From assembly GCA_951406725.2 (NCBI GenBank), contig OX597822.1, positions 69,626,001-69,690,000 of the forward strand: a DNA stretch of 64,000 nucleotides, given 5' to 3'. The stretch comes from Octopus vulgaris. Lineage: Eukaryota. Each line of letters opens with the position of its first letter. Position 1 is the first letter of the stretch. The position numbers and the translations under genes were made by a program. Of the stretch, positions 35,007 to 48,239 are shown piece by piece. The notes below the pieces were generated by a model. It did no database searches. It saw only the letters and a program-made list of their open reading frames with translations, and was not told where the DNA came from.

Positions 35007-35501
35007 ATCTAAATACTCCCTCACTGGCTTGTGGTCCTTGTATATTTTATATAGGTAGATTTATGACTCAAACTCAACTACCCTTTTGAGAAAAAAATGC
35101 ACCACACAAGCAAGGATGCCAACGAAATTTTTTATCAATTTAAATTTCACTTTGACCATTGTTTCAGTTCAATGACATTTGGGGGTAGTGGTCCTCTACT
35201 CCATCAACTTAGAAGTTTTGAGGCTCTGGAAAACATATATCTTATGGTTTGGGGGATTGTTTTGTTTTCATATGGTTTTCACTAAATTTTAATGCTAACA
35301 CTGATATTAAAAGAAAAATGATAAAAAAATAAGAGATATTTCGTATATTTTTGGAAATGATTAATAAACAAAGTCCCGGTCAGATTTATATGATTTTTGT
35401 GGGAGTGTGTTGCAATACAAGTAAGATTTAATATGTAAGTGGGTGCTAACCTGTCTATAAACGGAAAATGATTTGATGATATCCAAAGTGTTTTATAAAT
35501 G

Positions 35502-35555
35502 AATAAAATATTTATTCTTCTTACAAAAATATTGGTTTCTTTTATTTCTTTTGAT
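35502..35555 (+). terminator. Candidate polyadenylation signal of the GTPase-kinase gene
   Basis: AATAAA at 35502-35507 in unique sequence, followed by a U/GU-rich tract (ttggtttcttttatttcttttg); implies a 3' UTR of about 2.3 kb. AATAAA is common in this AT-rich DNA. Confidence 0.35.
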
Positions 35556-36979
35556 TAAATGTTGCATTTATATGTGATTGATCAATTACATGTTTCCAAA
35601 TGACATTAGCAACAGTAGGTACTTATAGCATGCTCTGCAGAAGAGGGACTCTCAGCCATTTTCATTTCATTTACCTGGGGTTTTTTGTTGTTGTTTTTTT
35701 ATGGAGGTATTTTTTTTTTGTCGGAAATTTGAGTTTAAACTGCAATCATGGCTGTGTAGTTAAGAAACTTGCTTTGCAACCCTTGAGGTTTTGGGTTCAA
35801 TCACACTGTGCAGTATCTTGGGTGAATGTCTTCTACTATAATTCAGGGCCAATCGATGTCTTGTGAGTGAATTTGGTAGACAGAAACTGTGTGGAAGCCC
35901 TTTGAATGTGTGTATGGCCCTTTGATTTACAGATACAACTCATTTTTGCCAGCTGAGTGAACTGAAGCTATGCGCCAGTGGGAATCAAACTCACAAACTT
36001 ACAGCCATGAGCAGATTACCCTTAACCATTATGCTATGTGCAACAGTTAATATACTATTATATCATATATCTGTGAGACACTTGTGTGCACGCATGCAAG
36101 TAAGCAGCTAAAACAGAAATGGTAAAGCACTACTCTACAATGTGGAAATGAGAAAGGAAACTGGTGTACATTACACTAGACGTTTTCGGTGTTCGGCAGA
36201 GCTAGTGTCCATTATAATCTCTACGGAATCCAGAATAACAAATATAAAAACAAAAACATTTAAAACTGAACAAACAGGGTAACAAGAATACTAGAGATAA
36301 TAGAGCTTTAAATTATAGTTAAAGCTAAGGTAGCAGTTAAAATTTTGTGAACTGTAGCAATAAGTTAATTGCAGACAGGTGTGGGTATATGATAAGGAGT
36401 TTGCCTCCAAACTACATGGTTCTGGTTTCAGTCCTACTGCATGACACCTTTAGCAAGTGTCTTCTATTATAGTCCAGGTCAAGCCCAAGCTAACTTTTTT
36501 GACAAAAGAAATGATACCGGATTTGACAGCAAGTAACCCATATGATATTCAGGAAAAAACCCGGACACTTTACTAATACAAGTGGAAATACAACAGGATA
36601 TAAGCTTGACTGAGCAGACCAATGATCAACAGCGTAACATTCCCAACATTTTTCCTTTTGTTTTCTTTTATTTTTTTAAAAATCTTTTTGAAGCACAGAG
36701 TGTCTAGGATCACAACCAACCAATTTATAAGTTTTATTACAAATAACAGGATGCGGATTTGAAGATGATTTTAACTACTCTTTTACTTGTTTTAGTCATT
36801 TGACCGTGGCTATGCTGGAGCACCGCCTTTTAGTCAAGCAAATCGACCCCAGGACTTATTCTTTGTAAGCCTAGTACTTATTCTGTCGGTCTCTTTTGCC
36901 GAACCACTAAGTTACGGGGACGTAAACACACCAGCATCAGTTGTCAAGTGATGTTGGGGTGACAAACACAGACACACAA

Positions 36980-37022
<43 letters not shown>

Positions 37023-38700
37023 CATATATACGACTGGCTTCTTTCAGTTTCCATCTACCAAATTCACTCATAAGGCTTTAGTCGGCCCGAGGCTATAGTA
37101 GAAGACACTTGCCCAAGATGCCACGCAGTGGGACTGAACCCAGAACCATATGGTTGGTAAGCAAGCTACTTACCACACAGCCACTCCTACACCTACCTGT
37201 TTGTTTTCTATGTTAAACAACCAAGTAAAAGCTGTCTTATTTGCTTTGGGTTTTCTGAAAGTAGAGTTCCAGTGGTATAGGTTCCTACACAATATAATGT
37301 TCGTTTCCTAAATACCTGGCTTCAGGTTTGTTCCCATTGCATGAGCAAAACTCTTGTAGCATATCCTCGTATTGACCAAAGCAATGTGACTAAAATTAGG
37401 TACACAGAGACTGAGCAAAATCTGCCTAGGAGAGCCATTCCTGTTTGTAAGTGACTGGCTTGATCCATGGCCATCACTTGACCATTCTGGTGCTTGTAAT
37501 CAAATCTTCTTTGTTGCAAGCATTTAGGTCAGATGTCTAGTTTAAGGATAACTTCATACAAGATGCCTGGAAGGGGATATGGGTATGGTTCTTTCGCTTA
37601 TAAGTAAACCATTAAAAAAAAGGGAGCATAGTGAAGTCTTTAAGCCCATACTGTACAGAAAATAAGTGTACTCGGTTCAGTACATTACACTTGAAACATG
37701 AGAACTAAAGCGAGTCATTTCTGATAGTGGGATACTTTTTGGGATTTTCAATATTTCATATGACATAGTATACACATTTTTCTCTTACATGACAATTTAA
37801 GGAGGTTGTGAGAACTGATTTGCATATGATTAGCATGTTACATACCAACAAATGTTTAATCTAAGCAATGAGGGTTAATGCCCTTAACTTTAAAAATGGG
37901 TAATGAAAATCGTTATGTGGAACATAGGATACATTATCATTCATTACACAGGTGCAGGCATGGCTGTTTGGTAAGAAGTTTGCTTCCCAGCCACATGATC
38001 CCGGGTTCAGTCCCATTCACATGGTACCATTTGCTTATTCCTTCTCAAGCCATGCGTGGCTCATAAGGGCCAGTTTCCCGGTTTCCTTGCATATAGGTTC
38101 CCCACCTGGACAGGACGCCGGTCCATTACAGGTGAGCTGCAAGATGCAAGAGAAAAGAGTGAGAGAAAGTTGTGTCTTGAGAGTCAACAGAAGTTCGCCA
38201 TTACCTTCTGCCAGAGCCGCATGGAGCTTAGGTGTTTCGCTCATAAACACACACATCACCCGGTCTGAGATTCGAACCCGCGATCCCTCGACCGTGAGTC
38301 CACTGCTCTAACCACTAGGCCATGTGATTCCACAACATGGTACCTTGGACAAGTGTCATCAACTATAGCCTTGGGCCAACCACAGCCTTGTGAATGGATT
38401 TGGTAGATGGGAACTGAAAGAAGCCAGTCATGTGTGTCTGTGTATGCCCTCCCATTAATACTTGACAACCAGCACTGGTGTGTTTACATCCCTGTGACTT
38501 AGCAGTTCGGTAACAAAGTACCAGACTTTGGAAAATAAGTACAGGGGTTGATACATTTGACTAAAACTTCTCCAATTTGGTACTACAGCATGGCCGCGGT
38601 CTAATGATTGTAACAAGTAAAAGGTAAAAGATCCTCAATGATGAATAATTCCCCTTTCTCGACAATCAAGAACCAAAATATATAGAGAGACTTCATATAA

Positions 38701-41087
38701 GTTTGAAGGAAGGAGGCGTGACGATATTAACGATAGACTCGGCTGATAAACCGACACGTCCCACACGTGACAGCAGTCGTTCGACATAAGCCCACAGGTC
38801 GGAGATTGTTGGACACTGCACGATTGGTGCAGAGCGGTTTCGTCGCTCTGACCGCATCTCGGGCAGGTCGGCCCCGTGTTTCTCGAGCCATGCCTATAGA
38901 GCTTATCCCGAACGGGTAGCGGTTCTCGGTAGCACCGCCAGGCCAGGGATCTCTGGAAGTTGTCCATAGGTTTGGCCCAAGATCGTCGTCGTACCTCCCC
39001 TCCACTAATCCCCTATAGAATGCTTTGGTTGTGTTGAAGTAACTCAAGGTCGACCCGGGACGGCAGAGTTGCTTGAGAGCAACGCGACACTCACGGTGCC
39101 ATTCGCCCTTCCTCGGCCTCTTTTTGATCCACGACTGCAGTTCGGTCATGGAGACGAGCTGCGGGAATGCGTGCCTCACCGTCGTCCACATAGAGCCGGA
39201 GATGTCGCAGTTTCAGCGCGTGTCTGCGCATCATCAACCATGGCATGCCCAGCCCTCCTTTTAACGGGTGTTGACAGCAAATGGATCGCCTGACCATCAA
39301 GACGCATCCTTTCCACAGGAAGCGGAAGAGAATGCGTTCTAGTTTGGTGATGGTAGGGTCGGGACAAGGTACGACGGTCAGGCGGTAGTAGATGATGGAC
39401 GCGATGTACGTGTTTGCCGGGCGAGAGTGACCACCCTACTCGTTATCTCGTTCCAGTTCTTCTCCATTTGGAGGTCCGGACCGAACCAGACCCCGAGCAA
39501 CTCAACCGGGCCGTCTGTCCAGCGTCCCACGACGGAGGCGCTGGTGGACGGCATGGGCTCGCTTCTCCAGGTGCCTAGTCGCAAGCCCACTGACTTTTCC
39601 CGGTTGATTTTCGCTCCTGTCACCGCTTCGTAGTTTTTCAGTGTCTCGCCGACCAGCTTGATTTGCTCCTGGCTAGACACTATGACGGTGACGTCGTCCG
39701 CGTATGCAGACACGCTCGTCCCGCATCCCAATTCTCGCGGGATGCCCCTCAGAGTCGCAAGCTTCCACAGTAGTGGCTCAAGAGTCAATACGTATAGAAG
39801 CGCCGAGAGGGGGCATCCCTGACGGACCTAACGTGTAATGTCGAAAGGTCTCGATAGATGTCCATTCACGCGAATTACCGAACGGATGCCTCTGTACAAG
39901 GCAGCTATCCAGCCGCGGAAGACGGAACCGAAACCAGCCGCTCTGAGGACTCCCTCCAAGTATCGATGGTCTACCCTATCGAAAGCTTTTGATTGATCCA
40001 AGTTGATCAGGGCCCCACCTATGCCAGGTTCCTTAACTACTCTGTCTATGATGTAGCGCATCAGATGGAGGTTGTCATGGATGCTCCAGCCCGGTACAGC
40101 GCACGTTTGCGCCTTGTCGACCAGTTTCTCGATGACAAGCGCCAACCTCTTGGCTAACACCTTTTGTCAAAATTTTCAAGTCTGCATTGAGCAGAGTGAT
40201 TGGTCTAAAGTTATCTATAATGTTCCCCTTGTTTGGATCTTTCTTCAGCAGCGTTACGGCTCCCCTCGACTCACAAAACCGGGTATGCTCCCGTTTTGCT
40301 GCCAGTTGCAATATACCGCTGCCAAGACATCTCCAAACAAGTCTGGCACACAATTGTAAAACTCGTAGGGCAGACCATCCAAACCCGGCGATTTGTCTCT
40401 CGAGCATTCTGCCATCGCGTCCCGTACATCCGCCGCCGTGATGGCACCTTCGCAGGACTCTGCCTCTCTTGCCGAGAGTCGTGGTAGGCTGTGCAGGTAG
40501 GCACTGAAGTCCACCATGCGTCCACGCTCGCCACTCGTCCCGTACAGTCGGGCAAAGTGCCGCTGAAATGTCTCGCACATCTTGCTGGGCTCGAGCAATT
40601 CGCGCCCCTGTTCATCTACCAGAGACCGAATGGTGGCTTTGTTGAACTGTTGCGCCTCCGCCACCCGGGCCTCCCTCGCGGCTCCAACACCTTCCATCCT
40701 TAGAGCACGCATCCTAACCCTGACAGCACACCCTTTGTGTTTGGCGTTGAAGTGTTGGTCGAGGGCCAACCTCGCCGCCAAAACGTCGGATGCGGTGCCG
40801 CTTCTAATTGCCTCTTCTAGCTTCTTAACTAACTCACCCTCTTCTCTATTTCTATCTATGGCTAGTGCTTTGCTGTACCTAATCGCTTCTGCTTTTACTG
40901 CTCTCTTGAGGGCAAACCACCATTTGTTGTTGATGATGGCTCCCGTCAAAGCCATCTTTACTAGTGTGCTAATCCGGTCTCTGAAAACCTGTCTGGACGG
41001 GAAAGACGCGTTTAGTTTCCAGTATCCGGGACCCTGCCTAAGTGTCTTACCTAAGTCTAGCGTACATGTCACAAGTTTGTGATCCGT
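38701..41087 (-). mobile_element. Second, truncated and more decayed Tx1-type LINE copy (ORF2 from TDHKLV to zf-RVT)
   Basis: Fragmented ORFs closely parallel to 42077-44194 (GPGYWKLN, KSPGLDGLPYE, DQSKAFDRV, YADD, CPRCGQSDET); the 5' end begins exactly at the (GATA)n array; the 3' end is missing. Confidence 0.9.
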
Positions 41088-41088
41088 T

Positions 41089-41170
<82 letters not shown>
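41088..41170. repeat. (GATA)n/(TATC)n microsatellite between the two Tx1 copies
   Basis: Perfect tetranucleotide run. Confidence 0.97.
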
Positions 41171-41172
<2 letters not shown>

Positions 41173-41456
41173 CTTTTTATTGTAGCCACACAGGGCTAAA
41201 CTCAGAATAAAAATGGACGAAATACAATGTAGAATTTTTTCTTTTCGAGGTGGGATGGGTGGGGCACAAAAAAAAACGTTTGATCAATAGGGACCTGTGG
41301 GTTGTGTGGTGTATAAAAAAGCAATATATATATATAAAGTTCACAGTTTAGGTGTAGCCTTGGAAAGAAAAACCTACAAAAAAGACCAAGGTCACCTCAG
41401 ACAGTTCGAAAATGAACACATGAGTAAGTCGCCTTACTTCTCGTTGTCTCTTTTGG

Positions 41457-44400
41457 TTACAGATTTATGCTTAAAATAGTGTCGTCTTTCATACTGACCA
41501 TTTTTGCCACTTTTACCCACTTTTTATTAAAACATTTGTTCGACAAAGCCTTCCTCTCTATTCTCATCCTCCTTTTCAAGTGGTACTTGAAAAAGTTGAC
41601 GAGAGACTGACCAGAGAGGAAGGTGTTTGTTTGCAGTCCTTTCAAACGCGTCCACCAAACACATTCTTTCGCCATAGCCACCAGCGTAACGAAAACCGTT
41701 TTCCCTTCCCGTTTAAAGGAAGGTGGTGGAACAATATTCACGATAGACTCGGCCGATAGGCGGGCCCTACCTACACGTGAAAACAGCTGTTCGACGAAGG
41801 TCCACAGCTCTGAAATATCTGGACACTGCACGAGTGCGTGCAGAACGGTTTCATCGCTCTGACCGCATCTCGGGCAGGTCGGTCCGGTGATGGTTTTCGA
41901 ACCATGCCTGTAGCTCTTCTCTCGAACAGGTAGTACGTCTCGATAGCACTGCCAAACCAGGGATTTCTGGAAGTTATCCATAGGCCCCGGCCCGAACGTC
42001 GTCCTGAACAGGCGGGTTAGGAATTTTTCGTCGACGCCCAGGTTTTCCCCGAGTGTGTCGTCGGACCTCCCCTCCACTAGTCCTCTATAGAACGCTTTAG
42101 TCGTTTGTAAGTTGCACAAGTTTGACCCCAATCGGCAGAGCTGCTGTAGAGCTTGGCGACTCTCGCTGCCAATCGCCCAGTTTCGGTGTCTTCTTGATCC
42201 ACGTTTGTAGTTTGGTCAGTGAGACGAGCACGCCTCACAGACGGCGCCCACACCTGTTCACCGTCGTCGATGAAGTTCCAGAGATGTCGCAGTCTCAGCG
42301 CATGCCTGCGCATCATCAACCACGGCATGCCCAGTCCTCCATTCAACGGATGTTGACAGCAAATGGACTTCCTCACCATCGGAACGCCACCCTTCCACAG
42401 GAAGCGGAAGAGTATGCGTTCCAGTTTGGTGATGGTGGCGTCGGGACAAAGTACGACGGTCAGGCGGTAATCGATGACGGATGCGATGTACGCGTTCGCC
42501 ACCTCCGCCCGGCCTTTTAGAGACAGGTTTCTCTCGGCCCATGTTTGGTTGAGAGCGACCACTCTACTCGTGATCTCGTCCCAGTTCTTATCCATTTGGA
42601 GGTCCGGACTGAACAAGACCCCGAGCAATTTAACCGGTCCATCCGTCCAGCGTCCCACTACTGAGCCACAGTCGGACGGCATGGGCTTGCTTCTCCAGGT
42701 GCCGAGTAGCAAACCCACTGACTTTTCCGGGTTAATCTTCGCTCCCGTCACCGTTTCGTATTTTCTTAGTGTCTCGCCTATCATCTGGATGTGTTTGTCG
42801 CTCGACACTATGACGGTGACATCGTCCGCATATGCCGACACGCTCGTCCCGCAACCCAGTTCCCGTAGGATGCCCCTCAGTGTCGCCAGCTTCCGCAGTA
42901 GCGGCTCGAGAGTCAATACATACAGAAGCGCCGACAGGGGACACCCCTGACGGACCGAACGCGTGATGTCAAACGGTTTCGACAGGTGACCGTTCACCCG
43001 AATTACCAATCGGATGCCGCTATACAAGGCAGCGATCCAACCGCGGAAGACGGGACCGAAGCCAGCTGCCCTGAGGACGGCCACCAAGTACCGTTGGTCG
43101 ACCCTATCGAAGGCTTTAGACTGATCCAAATTGATCAGCGCCCCACCCATGCCAGGATCCTTAACTACCCTGTCCACAATGTAGCGCAGATGGAGGTTGT
43201 CATGTATGGTTCTGCCCGGCACGGCGCATGTTTGCGCCCTGTCGACCAGTTTACCAATGACAAGCGCCAATCTTTCGGCTATTACTTTGGCCAAAATTTT
43301 CAAATCTGTGTTGAGCAGAGTGATGGGCCTGAAATTATCTATAAAATTCCCCTTGTTTGGGTCTTTCTTCAGCAACGTCACTGCACCTCGGCTCACGAAA
43401 CCGGGGATTCTCCCGTTTTGTTGCCAGTTGCAGTAGACTGATGCCAAGAGGTCGCCAAACAAGTCTGGAATTTGACAATACAGCTCATAGGGTAAACCAT
43501 CCAATCCAGGCGACTTATCCCTCGCGCAGCCCGCCATCGCATCCCGCACGTCAGCGGCTGTGATGGGACTTTCACAACACTCCGCTTCTCTTGCCGAGAG
43601 CCGCGGCAGGTCGGTCAGGTAGTCACTGAAATCCATCCCGCGTTCCGACCCACCACTCGCACCAAACAGTCGAGCAAAGTGCTGTTGAAAGGCCTCACAC
43701 ATCCTTTCGGGTTCGAGTAAACTGCATCCTTGTTGATCTATTAGAGACCGAATGGTGGATCTGTTGCCACGCTGCGCCTCCGCTACCCGGGCCTCTCGCG
43801 CAGCTTCGATCCCTGTGTTCCTTAAGGCACGCATTTTAGCTCTGACGACGCAACCTTCGTGCTTGGCGTTGAGGTGTTGGTCGAGGGCCATCCTCGCAGC
43901 CAGCACGTTGGTTGCGCTGCCAGTGGTAAGTGCCTCTTCTAGTTTCTTAACCAGGTCTCCCTCTATTCTATTTCGATCTATCGCTAATTCCTTGCTAAAC
44001 CTAATTGATTCCGATTTTATTGCCATTTTCAGGGCGTACCACCAGCGGTTGTTAACGACGGCTCCCGTCAGCGCCCTCTTAATTAACTCGCTAATCCGGT
44101 TCCTGTAAACCTGTCGCGCTAAGAGCGACGTGTTCAGTTTCCAGTAACCGGGACCCTGTCTATGTGTCTTATCTAAGTCGAGCGTACACGTCACAAATTT
44201 GTGATGTGTAGCTGACTATTTTAAATTGTGGACATCCTACACTATCCCTATCCGCTGTCCTGCATAGAATTCAATCTAGATAAGATCTCGACGATCCGAC
44301 GCGGTTTGTCCAAGTCCACGATGGCACGTTCGGATGGTCGAGTCGGAACCTGTCAGACAAATGGAAACGTCTGAGTAGGTTTTTGAGGCACTTACACCCC

Positions 44401-44879
44401 CTTATATTCCTATCCATTCCCACATAATCTAGATGCGTGTCCAAGGTAGCGTTCCAATCCCCTACTAACAGTAAAGGTCTAGACGTAACCAGGAAAACCT
44501 CTAAACGTCTGAAGAAATCCGCCCGACCCGTTAAGGACGGTGCATAAACTGCCATCAGACGGAATGCACACCCATTTCTGCCATCCACGTCCAAGACAAC
44601 TAGCCTACCCTCCGGGTCTAGGAATATTGTTCTTACTTTTACATTTAGACTCTTCCGAAAAAGCACCGCGGTACCTCCACCACCCATGTTCGGCAGACAG
44701 GGAGAAAAATAAATGTCGAATTGATCGCCAAACATGGACGCGAGGGCCCGCGGCTTGCTGATTCTGGTTTCACTGATAGCTACTATATCCACGTTCAGTG
44801 ACTTGATGTCGTTTAGAAGGTAACCTTGCTTCCAAGCCGACGCCAAGCCACGCGCATTCACACAACCTAATTTAAGCAT
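41457..44879 (-). pseudogene. ORF2 of the Tx1-type LINE: APE endonuclease, reverse transcriptase and zf-RVT, interrupted
   Basis: MLKLGCVNARGL, SET, VYAP, GDWN, YLD; WKLN, KSPGLDG, FRPITLLNTDLKI, DQSKAFDRV, RQGCPLS, YADD; CPRCGQSDETVLHALVQC. Premature TGA at 44271-44273 and frameshifts near 44205 and 42230. Confidence 0.92.
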
Positions 44880-45312
44880 AATTGACGTTTACGAAAATTG
44901 TGTTTCACACACTACATTGGAAGAGACAAGAGGCAAGAGGAAAGGTCACTTACTCATTTCGAAAGTTTCATTTTTTCTTCTTCTTTTGTAGTGTCTTTGA
45001 TGAGGTGTTTGTATAGTTTTTTTGGAGAGGTATCGTTGAAACCCGCCTACCGCATTTGGAAATATTGTTTTCAGTGTATGGTGTTGTGTTTGTGTTATGT
45101 GTACAATTCTTATGTGTTTCGGTGGTGTGGTGTGGTGAACGGATGATTGTTTGTCTTAAAGTCATCTTCACAGATGTCCGTGTTGGATGCAATGTAATCC
45201 ATTAATTTTTTATTGTCTGTGCCTATTGCAGTTAGTTGTGTGTGGTTTTGCGGGTTCATTGATTTTTTTATTGTCTAGGGGGATGCTGTCCGGAGTTAAA
45301 TATCTCCCTGCT

Positions 45313-46843
45313 TTACTTCCTTGTTTGGTGGGATTTTTTGATCTTTTTCCTTTTACCCCCTGTGGCTATTTGCCATTCCGTCGAACTTTCGTCGTCCGAC
45401 GAATCAGAAGGGGGTAAAGGCAAAGCATTTGCGTTAATAAGTATGCTTGTAGAAATTGTTGATGTTTTGTGCGGTGTTTGTGTTGTTGTGGTGTTAGGGG
45501 TAGAATTTGTCTTCTCGTCACTGTTTTCTGTCTTTTTAATTGTCGTCTTCGGTGTTGGTATTGGTCTATATTTTGATTCAGTATGTTGAATTGGTTGCGA
45601 CGTCAACGGTGATTGTGTTGGTACTGTTTCTTTTCTTGGTGATGTTGTTGGGGTTTGTTTGCTGGTTTGTTTTTTTTCTTGGCATTGTTCCATAATTGAG
45701 TGTGTTGGTGTTGGTGTTGGTGTTGGCAACAAGGGTTTTTTATTTGTTTTCTGATTTGTTCTTTCTTGTTTTTTCTGTGCCAGAGCGCACTTGGCAATTA
45801 AATGTTCTGGGCTGCCACAGTTGTAGTATCTAGGCTTTTTGCCTTCTGCTACAACATATAGGCTTTGCCCATTTTCTAAATGGATCCTATCAGGTAGGTT
45901 CTCGATAGAGGACCCTTCAATCTGGATGGTCACTACTATTGTTTTACCACCCCAATTGTCGTTTTTGTACACGGCGGTTTCTAATATATTTATCTTTTTC
46001 AAATGGTAACAGATTGCCCCTGTTATCCATTTGTTAGGTATCTCGGGGGGTACATTTTTAAGGCTAATTCTACTCACTCTCTGGCCTTTGTAATATGGTA
46101 CCATGATGATTTCATCATTTTGCAAAGACTCCGTAGAGTGAGCTTTTGCCACTTCCTGGTTAGGTAAGCGGGCCACCACTGTATTAAACTGGGGACCTCA
46201 GTTTATATATTCTTTTTTTTTTTCATTATGCTTTTTAAACACTTTTCTATGTCCGTTTTTGTAATCTGTTCATTTTGTTTTTTGTTTTTTCTTATAATTT
46301 TATATATAATTGTCTTATTTTCTATTTGTTCCTTTATGTGTTGAGGTGTATGCAGCACTAAATCCTGCCCTTGTGTTGTAAAAAGTGCTCTCGTTTCTAT
46401 TAACTCTTCATTCGTAAATTTTACTATTTCTTTTTTCTGACGCAGTGTCAGCGAAATTTACTGTTGTTGATTCTTTTATATTAACATCTTCACTATTAGA
46501 TAGTAAGATATTTATTTCATCTTTATTGTTGTTCTTCTTGTTGTTGTTGTTTTTGTTAATAGTATTCGCGAGTTTCATTTTTATCATTTATGTTGGTCGT
46601 GGTGGTGGTGGTGGTGGTGGAGGTGGTGGTGGTAGCAGTAGTAGTCTCGTTGTTGTTGTTGTTAGTGGTGGTGGTGGTAGTGACAGGGCTGTTACCGCAA
46701 GTGGTTGCAGCGTTCACTACCACGTCATTCAGGTTTGTCTTTGTCGTGCATAAGTTCTTTTTTTCTCCTAGCGTTTCCAGACTAGGAAAATGCTGGTCCA
46801 TAAAGGAACGCGACCAGCATTCTACAATAACATTTCTCGACAT
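45313..46843 (-). pseudogene. ORF1 (gag-like) of the Tx1-type LINE, interrupted
   Basis: ATG at 46843 with a stop at 46556; the downstream segment 46179-45313 has NVPPEI and a zinc knuckle RYYNCGSPEHLIAKC (first Cys lost), then a T/P/K-rich tail. Confidence 0.7.
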
Positions 46844-47035
46844 TTTTTAATGTCGAGAAGAAAATACACAAATTAAATAGGGTTGAAACTGCCCCTAGGG
46901 GCGAATTCCTCCCTTGGAAAAGCACTCAAACGAAAGTTGGGTTCCTTACACACCTTATTTACAAAAATGTACACAAAATATGGGCTATAAATAGTCAAAA
47001 TAAACGATTAATTTCGGAGCCGAGATGACAGCACG

Positions 47036-47109
<74 letters not shown>
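47036..47109. repeat. (GATA)n/(TATC)n microsatellite at the 5' end of the Tx1 element
   Basis: Perfect tetranucleotide run. Confidence 0.97.
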
Positions 47110-47111
<2 letters not shown>

Positions 47112-47964
47112 TTTCTCTTTAATTCAGAAGCAGACTGTTCCATTCTGTTGATCTGATCAACTGGAACAATCATCATCATAACCAACGGAATACTAAATTA
47201 TGTTCCATGCTATAGGCTGCACTTTGCACTGGTGTGGCTGGAAGTTTGGACTGAAACACATCTTTTTAAGGAAAAATCAAGAACCACATGACTTTTTCTG
47301 AAATTTCTTCTTTTTAACTAGTAAAGTTATTTACCATGCCAAAATGGCTGTTCTATGTTACTACTAATTTAACCACTGGCAGAAGATCTACCTAGGGTTA
47401 AACTAGTAATAGCATGGAACAGCCACTCTGACGTAGTGAATGACTTTATTTTTTTAGTATAGTTACTACTCTGATCTCCTCTTGAGATTTTAAACTAGCT
47501 ATTTTCCTTTTTGTGGAGGTGTGTGGCTTAGTGGTTAGGGTGTCAGCATCATGATTGTGAGATTGTGGTTTCGATTTCTGGACTGGGCAACACGTTGTGT
47601 TCTTGAGCAAAACACTTCATTTTCACGTTGCTCCAGTCCACTCAGCTGGCAAAAATGAGTAACACTGCGATGGACTGGTGTCCCGTGCAGCTGGGGAACA
47701 AATAAGCCATTGAAAGCGGGAAACCGGGCCCATGAGCCTGGCTAGGCTTTAAAAGGGCACATTTACTTTTTTTTATTTTTATTTTTAACTCTTGAAAGGG
47801 AAAAATAAACAAGAATATGGTAGTAAGTTAACTTAGTGAATACTAAGGACGTTTGTCTTTAATTGTCATGTTCAAGTACTTTAATGATCTGCTACATTCC
47901 AATATAACTCACTGGCTTGTGCAAGGAGTTTTGTCTTGCAAGTTATTTGGTGACCACACTAATG

Positions 47965-48148
47965 CTGCTGCCACATAAAAAGCACCCAGTATACTCCATA
48001 AAGTGGTGGGAAATAAGAAGGGCGTCCAACCGTAGAAACCATACCAAAGTAGACAGAGAAGCTTGGCACAGTTTTCTGGCTACCAACTCCTATGAAACCA
48101 TCCGATCCATGCCAGCATAGAAAGCGGATGCTAAAGGACGATGATGAT
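47965..48148 (+). mobile_element. Decayed RTE 3'-end fragment
   Basis: aaaagcaccc...aagggcgtccaaccgtagaaacc...atgccagcatagaaagcggatgctaaaggacgatgat. Confidence 0.65.
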
Positions 48149-48239
48149 AATTATGTCCACAGAAGTGTATAGATATCATGGGGGATTAAGATGGGTTAAA
48201 TAAACCATGCCTCCGATGTCATAAACCCACTCCATTCTA

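Larger units (their letters stand above)
41171..47035 (-). mobile_element. Full-length Tx1/L1-type non-LTR retrotransposon (about 5.9 kb, disabled), bounded by (GATA)n arrays
   Basis: ORF1 and ORF2 remnants in order; the 3' end reads AATAAAAAGTT followed by (ATCT)n; the 5' end abuts the array at 47036-47109. Confidence 0.92.

Noticed and set aside
40582-44108. Plus-strand ORFs overlapping the Tx1 elements
   Set aside because: Antisense shadows of GC-rich ORF2 coding sequence.
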